From assembly GCA_965601925.1 (NCBI GenBank), contig OZ271854.1, positions 256,001-320,000 on the forward strand: a stretch of 64,000 nucleotides of DNA. The letters run 5' to 3'. Under the pieces are notes generated by a model that did no database searches, was not told the DNA's origin, and was given only the letters and a program-made list of their open reading frames with translations. The position numbers and the translations under genes were made by a program. Source of the DNA: Alkalispirochaeta sp. Lineage in GTDB: Bacteria; Spirochaetota; Spirochaetia; DSM-27196; Alkalispirochaetaceae. Positions 18,262 through 26,841 of this stretch are shown here, one piece after another (position 1 is the stretch's first letter; every line of letters begins with the position of its first letter).

Positions 18262-19611
18262 ATGTCCGGCGCCGAACGTGCCGAGAAGGCGGATCGCTGG
18301 AACGAGATAGCCGTCGAATGGCATCGTCATTTCGGTGGAAAGATGGAGACCACACCGCGGTGTGTCGTTCGGGGAATGGAGGACTTTTCGGTATGGTACT
18401 CCCCCGGTGTGGCCGAGGCGTGCATGGCGATCCACCGGGAGCCGGAGCTGGTGGACGAACTCACCAATCGCTGGAACACCGTTGCGGTCGTCTCCGACGG
18501 AAGTCGCGTTCTGGGACTGGGCGATATAGGCCCCAAGGCCGGCTATCCGGTCATGGAAGGCAAGGCGCTCCTCTACAAGTACCTGGGCGGTGTCGACAGC
18601 GTCCCCATTATGTTGAACGACGGCGATCCGGATCAAATCATACGCACGGTGCTCAACCTACAGCCGAGTTTCGGTGGGATCAACCTCGAGGATATCGCCC
18701 AGCCGAAGTGCTTTCGCATCTTGGATACACTGCGGGCCGAGGCGGAGATCCCCGTGTGGCACGACGACCAGCAGGGAACGGCGACGGTCACCCTCGCCGG
18801 ACTCACCAATGCGCTGGATATCGCCGGCAAACGAATCGAGGAGGTTCGAATAGCGTTCATCGGTTCGGGGGCGGCCAACGTAGCGTGCGCACGGCTGATC
18901 TTTGCCCGCGGCGCGGACCCGTCGCGGTGCACGGTAAACGATAGCCGCGGCATTCTCTCCACCGAACGCGACGACCTCAGGCGCAACCGTAACGAGTATC
19001 CGGAGAAATGGAAGCTCGCCGAGCAAACCAACGCCCAAGGGCGACGGGGCGGCATTCCGGAGGCGTTGGAAGGCGCCGACGTCGTGATCTCTCTCTCGAG
19101 CCCCGGGCCCGGCACGATCAAACCGGAATGGATCGCTCGCATGGCCGACCGGCCGATCGTCTTTCCCGAGGCCAATCCGGTGCCGGAAATCTGGCCGTGG
19201 GAGGCCCGTGACGCGGGGGCGGTGGTCGTTGCGACGGGACGGAGCGATCTTCCGAACCAGGTCAACAACTCACTCTGCTTCCCCGGGATCTTTCGCGGTG
19301 CCTTGGATGTGCGTGCGACGACGATCACGGATGAGATGTGTTTTGTCGCCGCCGATGCGATCGCACACCGCGCCCGGCTCCACGCCGACTACGGGCCACA
19401 GCGCATCATTCCGACGATGGAGGAGTGGGATCTCTTTGGAGATATCGCCGCCGCGGTCGGTACGAAGGCGCAGGAGCAGGGGATCGCCCGACGCTCCCTT
19501 TCGAGCGATGAGATCCGAGAGGCGGCAATCACACGGATACGACGTAGTCGCCGCATTACCGAGTTAATGATGGAGCACGGCCTGATCGTCGATGCACCGG
19601 AGGAGAAGTGA
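18262..19611 (+). CDS. NAD(P)-dependent malic enzyme (minimal type, no PTA domain)
   Basis: YSPGVA, DGSRVLGLGDIG, VMEGK, INLEDI, HDDQQGTA, GSGAAN, ATGRSDLPNQVNN. Confidence 0.93.
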   Translation: MSGAERAEKADRWNEIAVEWHRHFGGKMETTPRCVVRGMEDFSVWYSPGVAEACMAIHREPELVDELTNRWNTVAVVSDGSRVLGLGDIGPKAGYPVMEGKALLYKYLGGVDSVPIMLNDGDPDQIIRTVLNLQPSFGGINLEDIAQPKCFRILDTLRAEAEIPVWHDDQQGTATVTLAGLTNALDIAGKRIEEVRIAFIGSGAANVACARLIFARGADPSRCTVNDSRGILSTERDDLRRNRNEYPEKWKLAEQTNAQGRRGGIPEALEGADVVISLSSPGPGTIKPEWIARMADRPIVFPEANPVPEIWPWEARDAGAVVVATGRSDLPNQVNNSLCFPGIFRGALDVRATTITDEMCFVAADAIAHRARLHADYGPQRIIPTMEEWDLFGDIAAAVGTKAQEQGIARRSLSSDEIREAAITRIRRSRRITELMMEHGLIVDAPEEK

Positions 19612-20540
19612 TGTACGAGGCCGTTATCATCGGCGGGGGTCCGGCGGGATTGGCCGCAACGATGTACTGCGTACGCAAGGGGATGGACGTACTGATGGTC
19701 ACCGCGACGATGGGCGGCAAATCGGTGCTCGGCCTCAATCTGCCGGATATGGCGGAGTATCACGTACTCAAGGCGCGCGAACAGGTACACATTTTTCGAG
19801 CACGCATCGAGTATCTGGATCACGTGTGGCGCCAGGGACGGGTAACGCATATCACCGAAGATGACGGGATCTTCCATCTTGCACTCACCGACGCTGCAGG
19901 TTCACAGGAGATCCGCGCGGAGCGACTCATCGTCGCCACCGGTACGACTCCACGGCCGTTGGACGTCCCGGGAGAACATGAGTTCTTCGGACGTGCCCTC
20001 GGTTCGAGCGCCGTCAGCTACTCTCATCTTCTTAGAGAGAGGACGATTGCGGTGATCGGCGACTCCGATAGGTCGGTCGAGGCCGCCTTGGAATGCTCGA
20101 TACAGGCGGAACGTGTAATACTCATACTGGAACCCGAGGCACGCTACTTTCCCGATCACTTGGCGCTGTTGGGGCGTCGAGAGAACGTAACGCTCTATAA
20201 CGGCTACCGCGTTCTGGAAATAAAGGGCGATACATTTGCCCGTCGCGTAACGATCGCGAGAGAGGCCGACGGTGAGAACGACGACCACCGCGAATCAATC
20301 GTGGCCGATGCGTTCTTCATAGAGCGTGAGCCGCAGCGCAACAGCGCCGTCGTGTCGCATTTAGTCGATCGCACTGAGAGCGGAGAGATACACATCGACG
20401 CTCAGAACCGCACCAGCAACAGCCGCATCTTTGCCGCCGGCGATGTGACGACCGTCGGGATAGAACAGATTCTCGTTGCCTTGGGCGAGGGAGCGCGCGC
20501 AGGACTCAGCGCCTATCGTCACTTCAGCATGAAACAATAG
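19608..20540 (+). CDS. Thioredoxin-reductase-like FAD oxidoreductase lacking CxxC
   Basis: IIGGGPAGLAA, IVATG, IFAAGD; SAVS in place of CATC. Confidence 0.8.
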   Translation: MMYEAVIIGGGPAGLAATMYCVRKGMDVLMVTATMGGKSVLGLNLPDMAEYHVLKAREQVHIFRARIEYLDHVWRQGRVTHITEDDGIFHLALTDAAGSQEIRAERLIVATGTTPRPLDVPGEHEFFGRALGSSAVSYSHLLRERTIAVIGDSDRSVEAALECSIQAERVILILEPEARYFPDHLALLGRRENVTLYNGYRVLEIKGDTFARRVTIAREADGENDDHRESIVADAFFIEREPQRNSAVVSHLVDRTESGEIHIDAQNRTSNSRIFAAGDVTTVGIEQILVALGEGARAGLSAYRHFSMKQ

Positions 20541-20596
20541 ACGCTTCGCCGACGCCGCGTCCGTGCACGGGCGTCACGTTTTTTGCCCTTATCGAG

Positions 20597-21094
20597 CTAC
20601 GCCAAGAACCATTCGGCGATCTCCTCGGCGGTATCCCACGTGAGTGTATCGACATCGCGGCTGTGGCGAAGAATACGCTTGAACATAAACCGCGTCGGTC
20701 CCGAAAGAATCGCCATACGCACGCGACCGCCGATAAAAAACTGACGACTCGCATGGCTGAGGAGCCAGGACGGAAAGACGTTCATCATCTGCTGCCGTGC
20801 CTGCTCGCCCTCGTAGAGACACGCGAGCACCAGCGCCACCGGACGAGCCGCGAGCGCCTCGCGCTGTTTCTCTATAAAGCGTCGCATCGATTTCGGCGCT
20901 TGCCCCGCGTACACGGGCGTTACCAACACGATCTTGTCGTCGTATCCCCCGGCTAACGTAGCGGCGGCGCTTCCCGCCTCCCTGGAAAGATCGAAGGCGA
21001 GCGGCGGAGCGGCGCTTTCGAGGCGTCCCACCGCCTCCCGGATCGATCCGACGTACTCACGAACGGAGCCGTGCTTGCTTACGTACAAGATCAT
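20597..21094 (-). CDS. Flavodoxin domain protein (HemG/Flavodoxin_5-like)
   Basis: ILYVSKHGSV, YDDKIVLVTPVYAG, FIGGR; GGAG before ATG 21094. Confidence 0.75.
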   Translation of the reverse strand: MILYVSKHGSVREYVGSIREAVGRLESAAPPLAFDLSREAGSAAATLAGGYDDKIVLVTPVYAGQAPKSMRRFIEKQREALAARPVALVLACLYEGEQARQQMMNVFPSWLLSHASRQFFIGGRVRMAILSGPTRFMFKRILRHSRDVDTLTWDTAEEIAEWFLA

Positions 21095-21161
21095 CTCCGG
21101 CCCTCCGTCTTCTTCGTCCCCGGGGTGCGCTTCGATATGGGCGTTTTGTTCGGTCGATGTA

Positions 21162-21464
21162 TCATTGTTCGGCGTCCTTTCGGCGTTCCGCGGCGTCCAA
21201 GCTGGCATTGATTTGATAGAGACGATTTCTAAGATAGAGCGCAATATCGATCGATACCATCGTTCCGTTGATGATATACAAGACGATGACACCATCCATG
21301 AGGAAAAAGACCTTATGCAGAATACCGGCGATGTACCCCACTAAAAGCGCCAAGAGAAAGATAAGGCTCTTGGAACCTACCTCGCGCGTGCGCCACGACT
21401 TGTAGATTGAAAACGGCCACGCCATACCGAAACAAATCAACATGACCGCCTCAAAGATGCTCAT
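21162..21464 (-). CDS. Small 3-TM membrane protein (PQ-loop/SemiSWEET-like)
   Basis: FEAVMLICFGMAWPFSIYKSWRT...KSLIFL; start overlaps the kinase stop. Confidence 0.7.
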   Translation of the reverse strand: MSIFEAVMLICFGMAWPFSIYKSWRTREVGSKSLIFLLALLVGYIAGILHKVFFLMDGVIVLYIINGTMVSIDIALYLRNRLYQINASLDAAERRKDAEQ

Positions 21465-22894
21465 ACGCTTACCCCACTCGTTGATATATGTCGTCGGACA
21501 GCCGGCAACTCTACGACAAAGCGCGCTCCACGTCCGGCACCGGACTCTACCCAGGCTCGCCCCTCGTGCGCCAAGACGACGGCGCGCACCAAACTCAAGC
21601 CGAGTCCCAAGCCCGAGTTCGTGGGTTGTACCGGGCCACGATACATCCGTTCCCATACGCGCTCGCGTTCGGCCTCGTCCAGCCCGGGTCCGGTGTCGCT
21701 GACCGCGATGCGAACAGCCGACACACCGGTGTCCGGGTCGGCCGTCGCGCCGCCCGATATCGTCACCAACCCGCCTTCTCGGCAGTACTTTACCGCGTTG
21801 TCGACGAGATTAGCGACAACTTGGCGAAGACGCAACCAGTCGGCCTCCACCACCACCTCTTCGGTCACGTCGAGACGAATCGTAATCGAGCGCTCTTCGG
21901 CGAGAAGCTCGTAGAGATCGCGAACTTCTCCCAGAAGCGTGGCCAGATGAACCGGCTCGGGATCAAGACGCATCACACCGCTCTCGGCCTCGGTGATATC
22001 GAGAAGCGTATTCACCAGACGCAGAATCTCGTCACTCTGTTCCACCGTCTCCACGAGCGCCGCATGAGCCTCCTCGTCCCCGCCGTCGCGGAGCGCAAGT
22101 TCGGCGCGCGCGCGCAGCCGGGTAATCGGGGTACGCAGATCGTGCGCCACCATATCCACCGTGTCACGCATGCCGGCGACCAAACGATCGATACGCGCCA
22201 GCATTGCGTTGATAACGTCGACGAGTTGGGTTAGCTCGCCGCCGCCGGTGCCTTGCTCCACTCGCCCGTCGAGACGCCCCGTGTCGACGATATGCCGCGC
22301 CACGGTCGTGACACGCGAGATCGGCCGGAGCGCGCGACTGGCGGTGACCAGTCCTACGACGAACCCGATACCCACGACCGCAGCCGCCATAAGAAAGAAA
22401 TTGCGCTGAAAGAGCCCCAGAAGCTGCGTACGATCCTGGGTCGACAGTCCCAACTGCAGGAAATAATCGTCCGCCAACCAGATGCCCGCCACCTCGAGTT
22501 CATAGTCGTGGCCCGGCGAGGTCAAGACGTGAATCGTGTTGGGATTGAGCGGTAGCGTGTCGAGCTGCACGATACCGAAGCTCTCCCAGACCCCGGGATA
22601 ACTGAAAAAAAGCGTGCGATTGGCCCGATCGGCGATCCGTACGAAAAAGGGCCGCTCGCCGAAGAGGATATTGTCGACATCGATCTCGGTCTGAAGAAGC
22701 TCGATTCCACCGGTTTGAAACTGCGCCCAGTACACCAACAGCCGATTGCGCATATCGCGCAGATCATCCTGCTGCAACGTCCGGTAAAGGGAAAAAACGG
22801 TCAATGCGAAGACGACGACGACGCTCCCGATCGAGATGCCGGTGAAAATGAGCGTAAGTCGTAGTCGCGTGGTGAGTCGCGGCGCGGCCATCAC
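21461..22894 (-). CDS. HAMP-domain sensor histidine kinase
   Basis: Two TM helices, H-box AHDLRTP, NLVDNAVKY, DTGPG, GLGLGL. Confidence 0.95.
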   Translation of the reverse strand: MMAAPRLTTRLRLTLIFTGISIGSVVVVFALTVFSLYRTLQQDDLRDMRNRLLVYWAQFQTGGIELLQTEIDVDNILFGERPFFVRIADRANRTLFFSYPGVWESFGIVQLDTLPLNPNTIHVLTSPGHDYELEVAGIWLADDYFLQLGLSTQDRTQLLGLFQRNFFLMAAAVVGIGFVVGLVTASRALRPISRVTTVARHIVDTGRLDGRVEQGTGGGELTQLVDVINAMLARIDRLVAGMRDTVDMVAHDLRTPITRLRARAELALRDGGDEEAHAALVETVEQSDEILRLVNTLLDITEAESGVMRLDPEPVHLATLLGEVRDLYELLAEERSITIRLDVTEEVVVEADWLRLRQVVANLVDNAVKYCREGGLVTISGGATADPDTGVSAVRIAVSDTGPGLDEAERERVWERMYRGPVQPTNSGLGLGLSLVRAVVLAHEGRAWVESGAGRGARFVVELPAVRRHISTSGVSV

Positions 22895-23631
22895 TCCGCG
22901 CCCCCCTCGCCGCCGTCGGGACGCAGTACGTATCCGACGCCGCGGATCGTATGAATGACCTTGTGGTCGAACTGGCGATCCACCTTAGACCGAAGCCTCG
23001 ACACCAATACGTCGACGACGTTGGTCTGCGGATCGAAATCGTAGCTCCACACGTGTTCGAGAATGAGCGTTTTGGTGAGCACCTGCCCGGGATGGCGGAG
23101 AAACAGCTCCAGGAGTGAAAACTCACGAGGCTGCAGGTCGAGCGGTCGCCCTTGTCGACACACCTCCCGAGACAATAGATCCATTTCGATGTCGCCGACA
23201 TCCAACTTGGTTACCTGGGAGGCGACCGTCGCCCGTCGGCCGTCACGAGACGACCCGTCGCCGTCGCCTATCCGTGCACGACGTATGAGCGCCTCGATTC
23301 GAACGTGTAACTCGGAAAAGGAGAACGGTTTGGTGAGGTAGTCGTCCCCGCCCATCTTGATCCCCTGAACGCGATCATCAACGGTACGACGAGCGCTGAG
23401 AATCAGAATCGGTGTCGTCACACCGCGACCTCGAAGCCCCTCGATCAATTGCAGCCCGTCCATACCCGGTAACATTAAATCGACGACGAGGGCGTCATAG
23501 CGCTTCAGCGTCGCCGCTCCCAGAGCGTCTTCGGCGGTATCCAGGTGATCGACCCGGTATCCCGCCTCGCCCAGACCTTTACGAAGAAATTGCGCGATTT
23601 TCGCGTCGTCTTCCACTACCAGAATTTGCAC
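22891..23631 (-). CDS. OmpR/CusR-family response regulator
   Basis: ILVVEDD, DLMLPGMDG, DYLTKPF, winged helix NVVDVLVSRLRSK...RGVGY; GTG 23631 preferred over ATG 23640. Confidence 0.95.
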   Translation of the reverse strand: MQILVVEDDAKIAQFLRKGLGEAGYRVDHLDTAEDALGAATLKRYDALVVDLMLPGMDGLQLIEGLRGRGVTTPILILSARRTVDDRVQGIKMGGDDYLTKPFSFSELHVRIEALIRRARIGDGDGSSRDGRRATVASQVTKLDVGDIEMDLLSREVCRQGRPLDLQPREFSLLELFLRHPGQVLTKTLILEHVWSYDFDPQTNVVDVLVSRLRSKVDRQFDHKVIHTIRGVGYVLRPDGGEGGAE

Positions 23632-23653
23632 AGCGATCATTATATTACACGCT
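23632..23653. promoter_or_regulatory. Overlapping bidirectional -10 elements
   Basis: TATAAT on minus (23639-23644) and TATATT on plus (23641-23646), each 7 nt from a start codon. Confidence 0.6.
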
Positions 23654-24109
23654 ATGATCGAAACTGGACAGAAAGCGCCGGACTTTATCCTTCCGGATCA
23701 GAACGGTGAACGACACCAACTGTCGACGCACTACGGTAACCCGATAGTGGTCTACTTCTACCCCAAGGACGACACCCCGGGATGCACGAAAGAGGCGTGC
23801 AGCTTCAGGGACAACTGGGACGCCCTCAAGGGCGCAGGGGTGACGGTCTTCGGCATCAGTGCCGACAGCGTCGAGAGCCACAAGTCATTTGCCGAGAAGC
23901 ACAGCCTTCCGTTTCCGCTCCTATCGGACCCCGAGATGGCGGTCATCAAGGAGTGGGGTGCGTTCGGAATGAAGAACATGTACGGCAAGAAGTTCGAAAG
24001 CATCTTGCGCTACACCTTCGTCATCGACGAGAACGGCGTCGTCAAGAAGGTCTTCAAGCGGCCCAAGAACGATATCCACGCCGAGGAGGTGCTCGGGGCT
24101 CTCGGCTGA
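23654..24109 (+). CDS. bcp: Peroxiredoxin Bcp/PrxQ
   Basis: YFYPKDDTPGCTKEACSFRD. Confidence 0.93.
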   Translation: MIETGQKAPDFILPDQNGERHQLSTHYGNPIVVYFYPKDDTPGCTKEACSFRDNWDALKGAGVTVFGISADSVESHKSFAEKHSLPFPLLSDPEMAVIKEWGAFGMKNMYGKKFESILRYTFVIDENGVVKKVFKRPKNDIHAEEVLGALG

Positions 24110-24158
24110 AAGCGGCGGGGGTACGGCTCTACCGCACGTCGCTTCGGCGAGTTGGGGG

Positions 24159-25226
24159 TCACGGCCTCGCGTAGATAAGCGTCACGAAATCGACGCTCCC
24201 GACACGTCCGACGATCTCCTGCGGGAGCACGATGTGCGCCTCCGAACCGGAACCTTCTACCGGACCGTAAAAGAGGCGAATACTGTCTCCCGGAGCCGCT
24301 CGAAAGGCGAGATCGAATCGTCCCTCGGCGTTGGTACGAGCGACCAGTGAAGGGTCGAGCCGTCCGATTGCCGGATGAGGTGAGACGGCGAAACCCGACA
24401 ACGGCGAACCCAAATCGCCGACAACGACTCCTTCGATTGAGCGCTGCCGTCTGACGACCGCGGACTGCAGTTCGAGACGTAGTTCGGTCCCGTCGGATCC
24501 CGAATAGCGTATCGTAGGCGCGCCGCCTGCCGGTATCGCGCCCGGCTCGGCCGCGAATCGGGACATCGCTACGGTCGCATCGCCGGACAGATCGCGGCGA
24601 TAGCCTTCGGCGATCGCATACGTGATCGTCCAGCCGGCCTCACCGCCGACGAACTCGGCCTGTACGCGGCCTTCGAGAAGATCGCGGGAAAAGAGAAAGG
24701 TCCCATCGTCTCGGGGAAGGAATCGGGGCCACGGTAGCGCCGCCAAGAGCGCCGCCTCAACGCTGTCGATAGCGGTGCGCACCGGATACCAAAGCGATTC
24801 GCCTTCATCCATGACGGCGAATCCCTCGAAACCCGCTCCGTGTATCGAAAAATCGGCCCGCGCACCGCGGGAGGGTTGCATTACGAGGCTGACTCGTCGG
24901 CCCGTGTCTTCCTCGTTCACGAACAGTGCGTATTCCAGACGCATGCCCGGCAGCGGGGTGAAAACCTCTTCCAAGGGCACGCCGGCGGAGTGAACCGGCT
25001 CCTCGACGACACGCGGTCGGACCGCCTCGTCCACTCCCGTTTCATCGAGATCGACCGAGGAGTGCGTCGTGCCACCCTCGTCCTCGATAGTCGGCGACTC
25101 CTCCGGCGTCGCGTCCGAGACGCGATCCGTTACACAGGAGAGAAATAACATCGATAAAAGAGATCCGCATACGATGCATAACATGGTTCGAGTACGTTCA
25201 CCGTGCGAATCTTGGCGCCCTATCAT
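24159..25226 (-). CDS. Hypothetical lipoprotein with C-terminal carboxypeptidase-regulatory-like domain
   Basis: GGAGGA before ATG 25226; lipobox LFLS-C; IEGVVVGDLGSPLSG...TNAEGRF. Confidence 0.6.
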   Translation of the reverse strand: MIGRQDSHGERTRTMLCIVCGSLLSMLFLSCVTDRVSDATPEESPTIEDEGGTTHSSVDLDETGVDEAVRPRVVEEPVHSAGVPLEEVFTPLPGMRLEYALFVNEEDTGRRVSLVMQPSRGARADFSIHGAGFEGFAVMDEGESLWYPVRTAIDSVEAALLAALPWPRFLPRDDGTFLFSRDLLEGRVQAEFVGGEAGWTITYAIAEGYRRDLSGDATVAMSRFAAEPGAIPAGGAPTIRYSGSDGTELRLELQSAVVRRQRSIEGVVVGDLGSPLSGFAVSPHPAIGRLDPSLVARTNAEGRFDLAFRAAPGDSIRLFYGPVEGSGSEAHIVLPQEIVGRVGSVDFVTLIYARP

Positions 25227-25364
25227 CCGGTCCTCCAACGAGCTTTTTACTTTGCGCTTATTGTACACGGGAATCGGCGTTTTGCGACACTAGGGTGCGG
25301 GACGAGTTGGGCCGCACCTCTCGCATAGAAAGCGCACTTCGTCGATGCTATATTTGAAGAGGAA

Positions 25365-26726
25365 ATGAAGGTAATAAAGGCATCGCACTACCTTACACCG
25401 TCGCACGTATCGCCGCGCGACGCCCGGTCGGCGGACGACGGTACAGCGACGCGGTTCATTATCCGTGTCGCGGGTGCGCTCGTAGCGACGCTTGTGGCGG
25501 CGGCGTGTTCCGGCGGCGTCGACTGGAGCGACTACGAGGGCGTGGACCTTGTTTCCACGCGAAGCCGCGACGCATCGCTTTGGTACTTTGCCCCGGGCCT
25601 CGACACGGACACCGACGCGACGGCGACCGTCGACTATGTCGAGTTTGAAGAGGTCTCCTCGGCCGTATACGGGACGCTTCCCGCGGGCGTGGCCGGTCCG
25701 GTATATCGCCTCGAGGTTGTGAATCTGTTTCAGGACGGCACGTTTGAGGAAAGCGACGTGGCGGACGGCGCAGATCACCTGACCCTTGGCGGCGGAAATG
25801 CAATCGGCTGGCGAGAAGGAGACATCGACGGTGGTGGTGATCTGGCTAACACTACGATCGTGGAGACCGACAGCATCGCGGGGCAGTCGATATCGCTCAG
25901 GTTTGACAATGATTCGGTTTACTACGCGGTAAATCTATCGACGGCATTGCTGGACGGATTTCCCACCTCCTCGTTGTACGCATTCCATCTGGACTTTCGC
26001 AGCAGTAGCCAGGAATTTGGGATTGAGCTTCACGACAACACCTCTTCCGGAAGTGATCAAATCACCCAGCTTATCTCGCGCAACAGCCCCGGTGATGAGA
26101 CGACGGTTTACGCCTATCCCGGCTCCGCCGGCGAGAACGCCGATATCGTCGACGCGGCCGACCCGAGCGACAACTCGATCACTCCGGAGTCCGGCTTTTC
26201 TTACTTCTCCTTCGGCGGATTCGATGTCACGGCCCGGGAAACGATCCGAGCAACCATCGACAACATTCGATTCGTCCGGGCCGATCAGAACCACCACGCG
26301 CGGCTCCCGGTGCCGATAACGGAGGCGGGACGGCCCGACCTATCCTCCGGGGGCAGTTACACCGTAACGGTATGGGTACGCAACGACCCGACTGCCGAAG
26401 GCGCATCCGCGCCCAACCGTACTCCGGCGCGTTTCATGAGCGCCGGGATCGATCCGCGTATCGCCGACTCCACATCGGTGACCTCGTCGCGGGGCGTCTC
26501 GGGAACGACGCGCTTCTACGTGGGGGGACTCACGGATTGGCAGCAGTTCAACGCGACGGTAAACGCCTCGGCCGTGGCTTTTTCTGCCTCGATTGTAGAT
26601 GGAGACGAGATCGCGCTCGACCTCGTTCTGGAGATCGGGCATAGCATCGCGGGATCGCAATTCCGAGACGCCGGAAGCGTGCTGGTGACCGGTATCGCTA
26701 TGGAATGGAGCCCCAATCAGAACTGA
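25365..26726 (+). CDS. Hypothetical acidic lipoprotein, possible carbohydrate-binding-like beta-sandwich domains
   Basis: Hydrophobic stretch ending VAAA-C; NLFQDGTFEE and IDNIRF resemble CBM4/9-type boundaries. Confidence 0.6.
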   Translation: MKVIKASHYLTPSHVSPRDARSADDGTATRFIIRVAGALVATLVAAACSGGVDWSDYEGVDLVSTRSRDASLWYFAPGLDTDTDATATVDYVEFEEVSSAVYGTLPAGVAGPVYRLEVVNLFQDGTFEESDVADGADHLTLGGGNAIGWREGDIDGGGDLANTTIVETDSIAGQSISLRFDNDSVYYAVNLSTALLDGFPTSSLYAFHLDFRSSSQEFGIELHDNTSSGSDQITQLISRNSPGDETTVYAYPGSAGENADIVDAADPSDNSITPESGFSYFSFGGFDVTARETIRATIDNIRFVRADQNHHARLPVPITEAGRPDLSSGGSYTVTVWVRNDPTAEGASAPNRTPARFMSAGIDPRIADSTSVTSSRGVSGTTRFYVGGLTDWQQFNATVNASAVAFSASIVDGDEIALDLVLEIGHSIAGSQFRDAGSVLVTGIAMEWSPNQN

Positions 26727-26809
26727 GTAAAACGGTCCGACGCGGTTGACCGAATCTCGACACTATCGGACTTCATACGAATCGTGCCGGGCCGCAACGG
26801 CGACACGAG

Positions 26810-26840
26810 ACCGATCGAGCCGGAGACCCGCTCGTTCGGT
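26810..26840. terminator. Imperfect hairpin between convergent genes
   Basis: ACCGAtCGAGCcGG-aga-CCcGCTCGtTCGGT; no U-tract. Confidence 0.3.
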
Positions 26841-26841
26841 G

